Below are positions 1 to 9,300 of a DNA stretch of 64,000 nt, in pieces (positions within the stretch are counted from its first letter, which is position 1; each line of letters starts with the position of its first letter). The translations under genes and the position numbers were made by a program. Source of the stretch: an uncultured Acidobacteriota bacterium (GTDB lineage Bacteria > Acidobacteriota > UBA6911); NCBI GenBank assembly GCA_963827655.1, contig CAWHCF010000050.1, forward strand, positions 123,775 through 187,774, written 5' to 3'. The notes below the pieces were generated by a model. The model was given only the letters and a program-made list of their open reading frames with translations. It was not told where the DNA came from and ran no database searches.

Positions 1-1
1 T

Positions 2-88
2 GCGGCGCACCCAAGCAGAGGTTGCAGTCAGGCGAATCTGGTGGCCACGGGCGGCGCCGGCTTGTTCTACTGCTTCGCCACTAATTGA
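2..88 (+). CDS. 3' end of a gene truncated by the window edge (lectin-like secreted hypothetical protein)
   Basis: Manual translation from base 2 gives AAHPSRGCSQANLVATGGAGLFYCFATN-stop (TGA 86-88). The GGAGLFYCFA ending resembles a conserved bacterial lectin-like family, recalled from memory and not searched. Confidence 0.55.
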   Translation, partial: AAHPSRGCSQANLVATGGAGLFYCFATN

Positions 89-223
89 GACCGCGTGAGC
101 CTCGAGATGCCCAGGAGCTTCCGGTGGGCGGTTGAAATGATCCGGAGGGTTCTGGATTGCGATAGCGAACTGGCGTCGCGGGCCGCGCTTCGCCCATCAA
201 CAATGGCGTGTCGCCGGATCGCT

Positions 224-332
224 GGAGTGTAACAGCCGAATTGGAGCAAGCGAAGCAAGCTTCGGCACTCCAAGGGCGCGCCTTTGGAGTGCGCGAGCTT
301 GCTTGCGCCTTGTGCCGCGGCAGCTTGCTGCC
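224..332. repeat. REP-like palindromic repeat cluster (GGAGTGCGG / AGCAAGCT family)
   Basis: gcaagcttcggcactcc and ggagtgcgcgagcttgc are inverted units. Related units occur at about 964-1014, 4288-4325, 37323-37350 and 37588-37612. Confidence 0.7.
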
Positions 333-361
333 CGCCCGCGAAATGGCCAGTCTGCAGGCCG

Positions 362-418
362 AAGCCAAAGGGATCCCGGTTAATTGAAGGCGTTCGCCGA
401 ATTTTTTCACAGCTTCTC
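362..418. mobile_element. Isolated end of MITE-A
   Basis: aagccaaagg...ccggtt...ttcgccgaattttttcacagcttct matches the right end of the element at about 898-952. Confidence 0.55.
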
Positions 419-527
419 AGCGTCAGGGCGGGGTCATCAAGATCTCGCTGACACGAGGCCCAAACGCCGGCACTCCGGCTGTGTCTCACCTTCGGCGCTT
501 CTTAACCGCACGTCCAATCCCGGCCTT

Positions 528-952
528 AGAAGATGTGAAAAAATTGATCTGTGGCGCGGGTCATCAGACCCGCGCGTTGCGGGCAACTAAGTTCGTACGC
601 GTGCTTTAGATCTCTTTAACGCGATCCTAATGAATAAGTGGCAGATCGGCTGACGTGAAATGCACGGGTCTAATGAGACTGTTGCAAAGCTCGCCCGGTT
701 CATGTGCGGACGGGCTATCAAGCCCGTCCGCTCCCGACGGGGCACTACTGAACTTCTAAGGCTTAAGGCATAGCGATTACGTTAGACTTGCGACGGGCCA
801 TTGGCTCGTCGCCACAGCGGTGCTCAAATGAATGTCTGAGCCACACTACCAGGGGAATCGTGAGTTTTGCGACGGTCTCTAATGGCCCGCGCCACAAAAG
901 CCAAAGGCGGCCGGTTGATCGAGAGTCTTCGCTGAATTTTTTCATAGCTTCT
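528..952. mobile_element. MITE-A, non-autonomous element with 18-bp terminal inverted repeats
   Basis: agaagatgtgaaaaaatt (528-545) and aattttttcatagcttct (935-952) match at 16/18 as inverted repeats. The flanks are the two arms of a split palindrome (atcccggcct / aggccggg). No coding capacity. Confidence 0.65.
675..879. mobile_element. MITE-B (about 205 bp) nested in MITE-A
   Basis: TIRs gagactgttgcaaagctc and gagttttgcgacggtctc match at 15/18. TAAT is duplicated on both sides (671-674, 880-883). Internal hairpin cggacgggctatcaagcccgtccg. A second full copy lies at 45799-45996. Confidence 0.8.
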
Positions 953-1115
953 GAGGCCGGGGATGGCGAAGCAAGCTTCGCCAAATTGAGGCGGTAGCAA
1001 GCTACCGCACTCCAAGTTCGCGCCTTACTCCAAATCATGGAACTCTCAACTTTGTCGTCTCGGCTTGTCCCCGGCAGGGGCGGCTCATGCGCTATACTGT
1101 GTGGCGGAGGTCCTC

Positions 1116-3206
1116 ATGAGAATTTCATCATCGATGCGCGTGCTGTTCACCGCCTTGCTTGCGATCGCTCCTTTTACTGTTCGCGGCGACGAGGGGATGT
1201 GGACGTTCCACAATCCACCGGCCCAGCAGCTGAAGGAACGTTACGGGTTCAACCTGACCCCGGAATGGCTCGATCAAGTGCGTCTTTCCAGCGTTCGTTT
1301 CAACGACGGGGGTTCCGGCTCCTTCGTAAGCCCGCACGGCCTGGTCCTGACCAACCACCATGTGGCGTTCGGGCAATTGCAGAAGATGTCCACGCCCGAG
1401 AAGAACTATGTCCATGATGGCTTCTACGCCCGGACCCGCGGGGAGGAGATCAAGTCTCCCGACCTCGAGCTCAACGTCCTGGTCTCGATGGAGGACGTGA
1501 CTGCGCGCGTTCAGGGCGTGGTCACGAAACAGATGGCCGACGCCGAGGCCCTGAAGGCAAGGAAGGCGGAGATCGCGAAGATCCAGAAGGAAAGTCTCGA
1601 TTCCACCGGACTGCGCTCCGACGTGGTTTCGCTGTACGGCGGCGGCGAGTACTGGCTCTACCGTTACAAGAAGTACACCGATGTACGGCTGGTCTTCGCG
1701 CCGGAACAGCAGATTGCCTTCTTCGGCGGGGACGCCGACAATTTCACCTACCCGCGCTATTGTCTGGATATGGCGCTCTTCCGCGTCTACGAGAACGGCA
1801 ATCCGGTGGAAAGCAAGCGCTACCTGAAATGGAACGCCGCCGGCGTCAATGCGGGTGATCTGGTCTTCGTATCCGGCCATCCAGGCTCGACGGAGCGGCT
1901 GAAGACCGCCGAGGAGCTCGAGGCTCAACGCGATCACCACCTCCCGATGATCATGCGAATGCTCAATCGGCGCCTGAACGTCTTGAAGCAATATGGCGCG
2001 CGCGGACCCGAACAGGCGCGCCAGGCCGCGAACCAGTTGTTCTCGATCGAGAACGCGCTGAAGGCTATGAAGGGAGAACACGATGGGCTGCTGAACAAGG
2101 GGCTCATGGAGAAGAAGAGGAAGGAAGACTCCGAATTCCGGGGTCTGGTCTCGAAGAATCAGGAACTCGAGGGCCGTTACGGCAGCGCGTGGGAAGACCT
2201 CCGGCTTGCCCAGAAACGGGAGCTGGAGCGTGCCAAGGAGATGCGCTTCCGAACGCTGCGCGGTTCACGCCTGGCCCCCATGGCCCTCTCGATTGTCCTC
2301 TACGTCGAGGAGGTTGGGAAACCTGATGGCGAAAGGCTCGAGGGATTTCACGAGTCCGAGCTCGAATCGCTCCGGTTCCGTCTTCTCTCGCCGGCGCCGC
2401 TCTATCCCGATCTGGAGATCGCGCTTCTGGCTGACAGCCTTCAGGAATCGCTCGAGCAACTCGGTCCCGACGACGCCTTCGTCAAGGCTGCCCTTCAAGG
2501 GCGCGCTCCGGCCGACGTGGCCAGAGAGGTAATCGAGGGGACGAAGCTTACCGATCCGGCGTTCCGGAAGAAGCTGATCGAGCAGGGGAAAGCGGCCGTC
2601 GCCGAATCGAAGGACCCGGCCGTCGCGCTGGCCCGCAGGGTCGAACCCGCTGTGCGCGAGATCCGCAAGTGGCACGAGACCCAGGTGGAAAGCCTCACAA
2701 CCTCGGCGGGCGAAAAACTGGGCAAGGCGCGGTTTGCAGTCTACGGCAGATCGATCTACCCCGAGGCCACGTTTACGCTGCGGCTGGCATTCGGAACGGT
2801 CAAGGGTTATCCGATGAACGGAACCATGGCGCCGCCGAAGACGACTTTCTTCGGGCTTTACGACCGGGCGCGCAGCTTCGATCTGAAGCCGCCCTTTGAA
2901 CTGCCCGAGCGGTACGGCAAGAAGCGCGAGCGCCTGGACCTGTCCACTGCGTTCAACTTCGTCAGCACGGCGGACATAATCGGAGGCAACTCCGGGTCGC
3001 CGGTCATCAATCGGGCGGGCGAAGTCGTCGGGCTGATTTTCGACGGCAACATGGAAAGCCTGGTAGGGAACTATATTTACTACGAGGAGACGAATCGCGC
3101 GATCGCCGTTGACACTGCCGGCATGACCGAGGCCCTGAGAAAGTTGTATGGAGCCGACGCGCTGGTGAATGAACTGGCGGGCGAATCCCCGCAAGCTTCG
3201 CCGTAG
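1116..3206 (+). CDS. S46 family dipeptidyl peptidase (DPP7/DPP11-like), secreted
   Basis: Signal peptide followed by DEGMW, SGSFVSPHGLVLTNHH and DIIGGNSGSP motifs. GGAGG RBS precedes the ATG at 1116. Confidence 0.92.
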   Translation: MRISSSMRVLFTALLAIAPFTVRGDEGMWTFHNPPAQQLKERYGFNLTPEWLDQVRLSSVRFNDGGSGSFVSPHGLVLTNHHVAFGQLQKMSTPEKNYVHDGFYARTRGEEIKSPDLELNVLVSMEDVTARVQGVVTKQMADAEALKARKAEIAKIQKESLDSTGLRSDVVSLYGGGEYWLYRYKKYTDVRLVFAPEQQIAFFGGDADNFTYPRYCLDMALFRVYENGNPVESKRYLKWNAAGVNAGDLVFVSGHPGSTERLKTAEELEAQRDHHLPMIMRMLNRRLNVLKQYGARGPEQARQAANQLFSIENALKAMKGEHDGLLNKGLMEKKRKEDSEFRGLVSKNQELEGRYGSAWEDLRLAQKRELERAKEMRFRTLRGSRLAPMALSIVLYVEEVGKPDGERLEGFHESELESLRFRLLSPAPLYPDLEIALLADSLQESLEQLGPDDAFVKAALQGRAPADVAREVIEGTKLTDPAFRKKLIEQGKAAVAESKDPAVALARRVEPAVREIRKWHETQVESLTTSAGEKLGKARFAVYGRSIYPEATFTLRLAFGTVKGYPMNGTMAPPKTTFFGLYDRARSFDLKPPFELPERYGKKRERLDLSTAFNFVSTADIIGGNSGSPVINRAGEVVGLIFDGNMESLVGNYIYYEETNRAIAVDTAGMTEALRKLYGADALVNELAGESPQASP

Positions 3207-3266
3207 TTGCTTGTGTTTCTTCAGTGGTCAGAACTGCGGAACAAATACCACAAAGACGCGAAGACA

Positions 3267-4126
3267 CTATTTCACGAATGTTCCCAGGCGGAGATCCAGC
3301 AGCGCCTGCTTGATCTCCTCTTCCGTGTTCATCACGAACGGACCATAGCGCGCAATCGGCTCATGCAGAGGCTTGCCGGAAACCAGCAGAAAGCGAACGC
3401 CGCGCTCCGTCGCGCGAACCTGCACTGAATCCCCGTCGCCAAACACGACCAGTCTGGGCTGGGTAACGGCGCTTCCTGCTTCCGGTCTGTAACACCGAAG
3501 ATTCCCCCTCCCTCGTAGACGTAGGCAAAGGCCGTGTGTCCCTGCGGGATCGGATGAGCGAAGGAAACTTCCGCAGGCATTGAAATATCCAGGTAGGTCG
3601 GGTCTAACGCGATTTCGCTGACCGGACCGTGCGCATCGCCGACCATCCCCGCGATCACTTTGATCTTCACCCCGTCCTTGGCGCTTACTTCTGGAATCTT
3701 CCCGGCGGCGTATTCCTGATAGCGCGGACGGGTCATCTTGAGCCTGGCCGGCAGGTTGACCCACAACTGAAACCCATTCAGTCGTCCTCCGCGCACCTGG
3801 GGCATTTCTTCATGCATGATCCCGCTCCCGGCGGTCATCCATTGAACATCGCCGGCGCCGATGCTGCCCGAATGCCCGATAGAATCCCGGTGATTCACGA
3901 CGCCCGACAGCATGTAGGTCACGGTCTCTATGCCGCGGTGAGGATGCATCGGAAATCCCGCGATATAGTCGTCGGGGTTGTCTGAACCGAAATGGTCGAA
4001 CAACAAGAACGGGTCCAGGTAATTCAGCGACCGCGTGGCTATGCTTCGTTTCAGCTTCACACCCGCGCCCTCGACTGTAGGCTCGGGATTCACGATTCGC
4101 TGCACGTTCCTGGGTTGTAATTCCAT
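3267..4126 (-). CDS. Pirin family protein (one frameshift near 3460)
   Basis: DPFLLFDHF, GFPMHPHRGIETVTY and QWMTAGSGIMHEE lie in ORF 3332-4156. The C-terminal EPIARYGPFVMNT lies in a second frame ending at 3267. GGAGG RBS before ATG 4126. Confidence 0.9.
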
Positions 4127-4377
4127 ATTCCCTCCCGCATCGTGGCAATGCCTCAACTAAGGGTCAAAATACTGGCGAGAGATTGGCGAAGTCAAACAAA
4201 GAAAGGACGCCACGGTTCTCCGCGACAACTTCACATTCTGGCGCGAGAGTTGGTGGTCAGTTTTTTGAATCGGATTTTCCGTTTGCCTTGGAGTGCGGCA
4301 GCTTGCTGAGCTTGCTACCGCCCCCAAGGCGCAAGTAAGTTCTTAACCTTACAAGCATCTCATCGGTCTCGGCGATT

Positions 4378-4462
4378 TCGCCCCGGAGGGGGCGACGGAA
4401 ATTAGCCCCGTGGCAAGCGAAGCGCAGCCCGGGGTTAGGGGTTTATAGTTTGTGCGCCCTGA
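4378..4462. repeat. Left half of a composite REP/REPIN-like element split by IS110
   Basis: cgccccggagggggcg hairpin and ggaaattagcc..ggcaagcgaagcgc, which are inverted relative to gcgctccgcttgcc..ggctaatttcc at about 6204-6230. Confidence 0.75.
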
Positions 4463-4477
4463 AGGTCCTGTGTTGTG

Positions 4478-4483
4478 AGTCAA
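4478..4483 (-). promoter_or_regulatory. -35 box (TTGACT) of the IS110 circle-junction promoter
   Basis: Overlaps the transposase stop codon and becomes 17 nt from TATGAT (6119-6124) only when the element ends are joined through the core. Confidence 0.8.
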
Positions 4484-5829
4484 GCAATTTTTTTTAGTTT
4501 GGGGTCCACTTTTTTCCACAGTGCACGGTTGTCCTTGTGCTGACGAACAAAAGTTTTCCACAGGCCCGCGTGATGGATTCGGATCTGTTCAATCATTCGA
4601 TTTACATCGTACATCTGGTTTCGGGCGACCAGTGCCCAGATGACATGGGCCATTCTGTTCATCTCAGCGCAGACGGCCTGCTGGGGACACAGGCCGCGCT
4701 GGATCATTCGCCACTTATGAAACGCAAAGGCGGGGTCAAAGTTGCAGGCGGTCTGCGTAACCAGATACAGCATAGCTCGTTGCTTGTGGTCGCCCCGGGC
4801 GGTCAGATGTGTTTTGTTAAGCGAAGTTCCCGTTTGGGTCCGCTCAGGACAACTGGCCCATTGAGCCGACAAAGCCTTGCCCGAAACGAACCGGGCGAGT
4901 CCCCGTGTGCCCAGCACCAGAGTGGCGGCAGAGACTATGGCGATGCCGGGGATACTGTCGAGCAGCTCGACCTGGCGCGCCGCAGACACGCCTTCTTCGG
5001 GTGTTTCGGTCTCGGCTTTCGCCTGTTGTACATAGGCAACCAGGGTCCGCTCTATATAGGCCAACCTCTTCTCCAGCAACTCGAGCTGAGCGAGCAGAAA
5101 AACCATGGCCTCGGCGTCATCGTCCTCGCCGGCGCTGGCTATCGACTGCTTAGCCAAGAGGATCAGTTGTTGAGCCCGTTCTACTCCGAGAGACCGACCC
5201 CGCCGCTCAGACTTCACTCGAGCCAAAGACAGGGCCTGGCGACGGGCCGCACGTCGTGCGGTGGGAATCTCACTCAACACCGCCCGAGCGAGCTTTGCGA
5301 ACGGGTCGGCGAAAACCTGGGTGAACTCTGGAAAGCACACCAGCACTTGCTCGTGAATCCGGTTTTTGGTTGCCGCCAGATCCTGGACCAAACGCTGACG
5401 TTCACTAATCACACGAGTCATCGCCTGGGCTTTGGGATCGTAATCGAAGGCCTCCAGCCGACGTTCGTATACCCGGGTAAACTCCGCCACATGATCGGAG
5501 TCGGACCCATCGGTTTGATCGCGGCGCGGGTTGGGACCTCCAAAGCGCGCGCTCTGGCCCGGATTGACCCGAATCAGCCTGATATTGCGATCCTGACAGG
5601 TCAACTTCCATTCTCCAAGCCAGGCGATCAGGTTGTCGTCTATCCGTCCGCTGGCCTCGATTCCGATCGTGAGATCCCCCTCTGGCAAGACAGACTTCAG
5701 ACTCTCGAATCCCTCGCGCGACATGTCAAACTGCCGTGCTTTCCAAACCCTTTCTCCGGTCGAATGCACCAGAGTTGCTGCAAAAAAAGACTTGCCTGGG
5801 TCAATGCCCAGCACGAAACTAGCTGTCAT
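4480..5829 (-). CDS. IS110 family transposase/recombinase (DEDD RuvC-like plus Tnp domain), about 449 aa
   Basis: LGIDPGK, IGIEASG and TDGSD supply the DEDD residues. C-terminal LLDSIPGI...RF.SGKAL...PERTQTG...RGDHKQRAMLY. AAGGAGG RBS before ATG 5829. Confidence 0.93.
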   Translation of the reverse strand: MTASFVLGIDPGKSFFAATLVHSTGERVWKARQFDMSREGFESLKSVLPEGDLTIGIEASGRIDDNLIAWLGEWKLTCQDRNIRLIRVNPGQSARFGGPNPRRDQTDGSDSDHVAEFTRVYERRLEAFDYDPKAQAMTRVISERQRLVQDLAATKNRIHEQVLVCFPEFTQVFADPFAKLARAVLSEIPTARRAARRQALSLARVKSERRGRSLGVERAQQLILLAKQSIASAGEDDDAEAMVFLLAQLELLEKRLAYIERTLVAYVQQAKAETETPEEGVSAARQVELLDSIPGIAIVSAATLVLGTRGLARFVSGKALSAQWASCPERTQTGTSLNKTHLTARGDHKQRAMLYLVTQTACNFDPAFAFHKWRMIQRGLCPQQAVCAEMNRMAHVIWALVARNQMYDVNRMIEQIRIHHAGLWKTFVRQHKDNRALWKKVDPKLKKIA

Positions 5830-5856
5830 GGGAGCCCTCCTTGGGTTATCCCGCAT

Positions 5857-6112
5857 CCGGGTCTCTCACCCTTGCGGCGATCCGCCTTAGTCAAGCGCGG
5901 TCCTGTACGAGATGAACCCGGTCTACGGGCGGAAGAGCGACCTTCAGGACGAGCTCGAGGCTCACGGGGCGCACGCTTTCTTCCGCCCGTATTCTTTTGC
6001 GGACTTAAAATGATCCCACGGATTTCCACATTTCCACAGCAATTCACAAAGAGAAAGAAGCAAAGAGAAAGCTACTACTACTACTATTGATATTCTTACT
6101 TAATTGGGTGCC
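5857..6112 (-). ncRNA. Predicted IS110 bridge RNA with target-binding and donor-binding loops
   Basis: A 13-bp perfect stem (5924-5936/5979-5991) encloses GCGCCCC and CCTGAAGG, which match the target flanks. A second stem (5857-5867/5909-5921) encloses ACAGGACC and CAAGG, which match the element ends. The 5' end is estimated from the -10 box. Confidence 0.85.
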
Positions 6113-6118
6113 ACAATG

Positions 6119-6124
6119 ATCATA
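6119..6124 (-). promoter_or_regulatory. -10 box (TATGAT) of the IS110 circle-junction promoter
   Basis: Lies just inside the left end and points into the non-coding end and the transposase. Confidence 0.8.
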
Positions 6125-6128
6125 CAAG

Positions 6129-6250
6129 GGGCGCCGGAGCATTGAGGGCCGTGTCCAGCGCCCCTCCGGGACGCGTCTCTTCGCGTGTCTGTGACCGGGG
6201 GCAGCGCTCCGCTTGCCCCCGGCTAATTTCCTTCGCCCTTTCAGGGCGCG
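6129..6250. repeat. Right half of the composite REP element split by IS110
   Basis: gcgcccctccgggacgc and cgccctttcagggcg palindromes, with inverted similarity to 4378-4440. Confidence 0.75.
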
Positions 6251-6335
6251 AGCTGGCGTAACCGTTCGTTCTGGACCAATACAAGATGCGTGTAAGGTTC
6301 AGAGCAAGCGTGCGCACTCCAAACCAACACGAGCA

Positions 6336-9300
6336 CTAAGGCCACCAGCGCGTTGCGTCCTGCACCGAGGAATACGCCTCGGCCACCGCTTCCGCGCCTC
6401 CAACTGCGGCCAGCGCGCCGGCTGCATTCGCCAGCACGGCGCAGATGTCCTTGCGAGTGCCCGTAGGAAGTCTGGTTATTGCCTGAGAGAACCAATCACC
6501 CCAGAACGGATAGAGACGGGCCGGGAGAAGTTCGAGTTTTGCCAGCCATTCGATCAACGGCGGACTGCTCTTGTGCAAAGAAAAGACGTCTTCGAGCAGA
6601 GCATCCGATAAGAATGGACTTAGCAGGTCGATCACGCGAATTGGATCATCGATCGCCAGCACGGCTTCCCGGGCGACTTCCTCTCGTAACGGAGTCGCCA
6701 ACCGCGCGGCCAGGGCGGCCAGCGCCTCGGCGCGGCGCGGCTTGAAATCAATCTCACGAGCGACAGTGAGCGCCTCGGGAAGTAACTCCTCCGGGAGACG
6801 CGGCGCCAAAGACTTCAGCGCTTCGTAACGTTCGAACAGGGGGATCTTGCGGGTCATCGCGAGCGCCTCAGGCAGCAGAGCCGCCGGAATATGAGGCGCC
6901 AGGTGTGTTAGATTCCAGCTCACGTAAGGAGATTGCTCTACCAGCTCGAGCGCCTTGGGAACGGCCTCTCTCTTAGCGTCCTCCGGCAGGTTGGGAATCA
7001 GTTCCACCAGGGTGTGGAGGCGGTCGTGCTCATAATCGATTCCGAGCGCGAGAGAAAGGGCTTCGCGGGCAACAGCGGAAAGGAGCCTCGCCTTGGAGGC
7101 ACTGCAACAGGTACTGCAAAGCCGGCAACCGGTTTGCCTCCTGCAATTCGGCGGCATGCTTTTCGCGCCTCCTGGATGCAACTATTTCGGCGCACTCCAG
7201 ACAACCGGGGAATAACGCTCCCGCAATACCTGGCACCTTTCCCAGGAATCTTCAAATTCATTCGCAGCCCGAAGAAATTCGTCGATCAGCGATTCTGGAA
7301 CGCTCCTGGCCAGATGGGCCAAAGCCCTGGCCCGCACGTCCAGGAATTTGATCGATCGAGCGCGGGCCAGCGCCTGTGCGAAAAGGGGTGCGGGCAACCG
7401 CGGCGCGAGGTGCTGCAGCACCGTTACCTGATCGTCGGTGTGATGTTCCAGCACGGCAGCGAGTGCCTCTCCCAGCAGCCTTGCCGGAAGATAGGGCGCC
7501 AGCGCGATCATGGAGTTGACCCGATCGCGCGAGTAGATCGAGAGTTCCCGCACCGCGGCCAGCGCTTCGTCGAACAGATGATCCGGGAGATGCGGGGCAA
7601 GGACGGCTAATATTTTCGCTCGCTCTCGGAAGTCCGGCGTTTTGCGCATCTGCGCGAGCGCCTCGGCCAGGGCTCGCTCGCGCGATTCACCGGGAAGGTG
7701 AAGAGCCAGGCTCCATAGGACCTGTTCGCATTCGTATCGATCTCCGACTTCGCGGCGCGCGTCTACCGTCTCGCGCAGCACTTGCTTGGTCTCGCCCTCA
7801 GGCAGGTAGGGCACAAGGTCAAACAGTGCTTCCGAGCGCTTCCACCCGAAGCCCACGCCGATCGAGCGCGCCACCTTCAACGCCTCGCGGAGGAGATCAT
7901 CCCGGAATGGGCCTGTGGCGCGTTTGATGAAGCTCGCCAGCGCGGTGACTCGATAGCCGGCGTCTTCGATCCTGCCGGTCACTGCCACGGCTTTCGGGAG
8001 GAATTCTTGCGGGAGGCACTCGGCTATTTCGGTCAGGGTGGTCGATCGCCTCAGCTCGTCGTCAATTCGCTCAACCGCCGACAGCGCTCGACGCGCGGCT
8101 CGCGACCGGATACTTCCGGTGAGATGAGGGGCAAGCCGCGCCAGCAACTTGGCGCAATCATCCTGGTCCTGAACGGCTGATGCCGCGGCTACGGCCTCGC
8201 GCCGGGCGCCGGGCGCGAGATACGGCGCAAGTTCGACGAAAATGTCGGCGCGCCGCCACTCGTTGATCTTGTTCTCGAAATGCTCTGCATCTCTCAGCCG
8301 CCGGCGCAGAATCGTTCCCCCCAGGAATGCAGGCCAGTGAGGCGCCAGGGCTGAAGCCAGTCTGGACCGAAACACAACCGGGATCGAGCGAGCCGCTCGA
8401 ACGGCTTCCTGAATCACTTGCTCTTTCGCTGTTTCGGGCAGGCGGGGAATCAAGGATACGAGCAGAGTGCCACGGGAATAGCCATCTGCCTGGCGTAGAT
8501 GATGCCAGCGACGTACACGCAACTGGCGCGCGATCTCCAGGATGCTCGAGAGCAGCGATTCCGGCACGAAAGGAACCAGATGTTTCAAAGCGCCGGGAAG
8601 CTCAACTGCGCTTGAAAGAGCCCTTTCCATCAACGACTCGGGCAGCGAGGGGGCTAGAGCCGCGAGCGCCTTGCCCCGGTAATAGTTATCCAGGACGCCG
8701 ATTCTCTCGATCGCCTCTCCAAGACATGATTCGGGCAGATAGGGCGTCAAAGCGGTGAGAGTATTGACGCAAGTATCAGGATCGCGAATGGTCCAAACGA
8801 ACTGCGAGGCTTCCCGAACCAGTGAATCCGGGAGCTGGGGGGCTAGTTCCCGCATCGCTTCGGCTACTTTCGTTGAATATCTGTAGTCGGTGGTTTCCCG
8901 CAAGGCGGTGAGCGCCTCTTGAAGAACCTCTTGCTTCCGTTCGCCTGTGGCATGTCGTGCCAGGGCGCTCAGGGCCTTGCATCGGTCATCGGGAGAAGAG
9001 ACCCTTCGTGCTACCCCCAGCGCCTCCCGCAGCACATCGTCTTTGAAATCCGGCGGCACATACGGGAAAAGCGCCGCCAGCCCCATGGAACTGACATCTG
9101 CATATCTGGCGTTTCGAGCGTAGGCCAGCGCCTGCTCCCATGACCAGACTCCGTGTTTGACCAGGGCCTCCAGGAGCGGTGGTTCGATATGCCAGGCCAG
9201 ACTTCTGAGCGAGGCGGCAATGATGGCGTACCGGACTTCGAGTCCTATGCTGGCGGGGATTTTCCCCTGACGTCCCTCCCCGGCCGACATCCGCTCGCTC

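Larger units (their letters stand above)
4463..6128 (-). mobile_element. Complete IS110-family insertion sequence (bridge recombinase system)
   Basis: IS110 transposase plus a roughly 295-nt upstream non-coding end. The CT core (plus-strand AG at 4463-4464 and 6127-6128) is present at both ends, with no TIRs. Removing the element restores the palindrome gcgccctgaaggggcgc. Confidence 0.93.

Noticed and set aside
67-1038. Short ORFs in the first kilobase, and similar ones at 37132-37341, 37566-37814 and 45795-46020
   Set aside because: They are translations of REP and MITE sequence. Shared peptide words such as WSAVACYR reflect the repeats, not proteins.
1065-1098. TTGTCC...TATACT promoter for the S46 peptidase
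   Set aside because: The 22-nt spacing is incompatible with sigma-70, so only the -10-like hexamer is plausible.
4537-6090. 517-aa plus-strand ORF antisense to the IS110 transposase
   Set aside because: No recognisable motif or RBS, and it mirrors the transposase codons. It is a typical shadow ORF.
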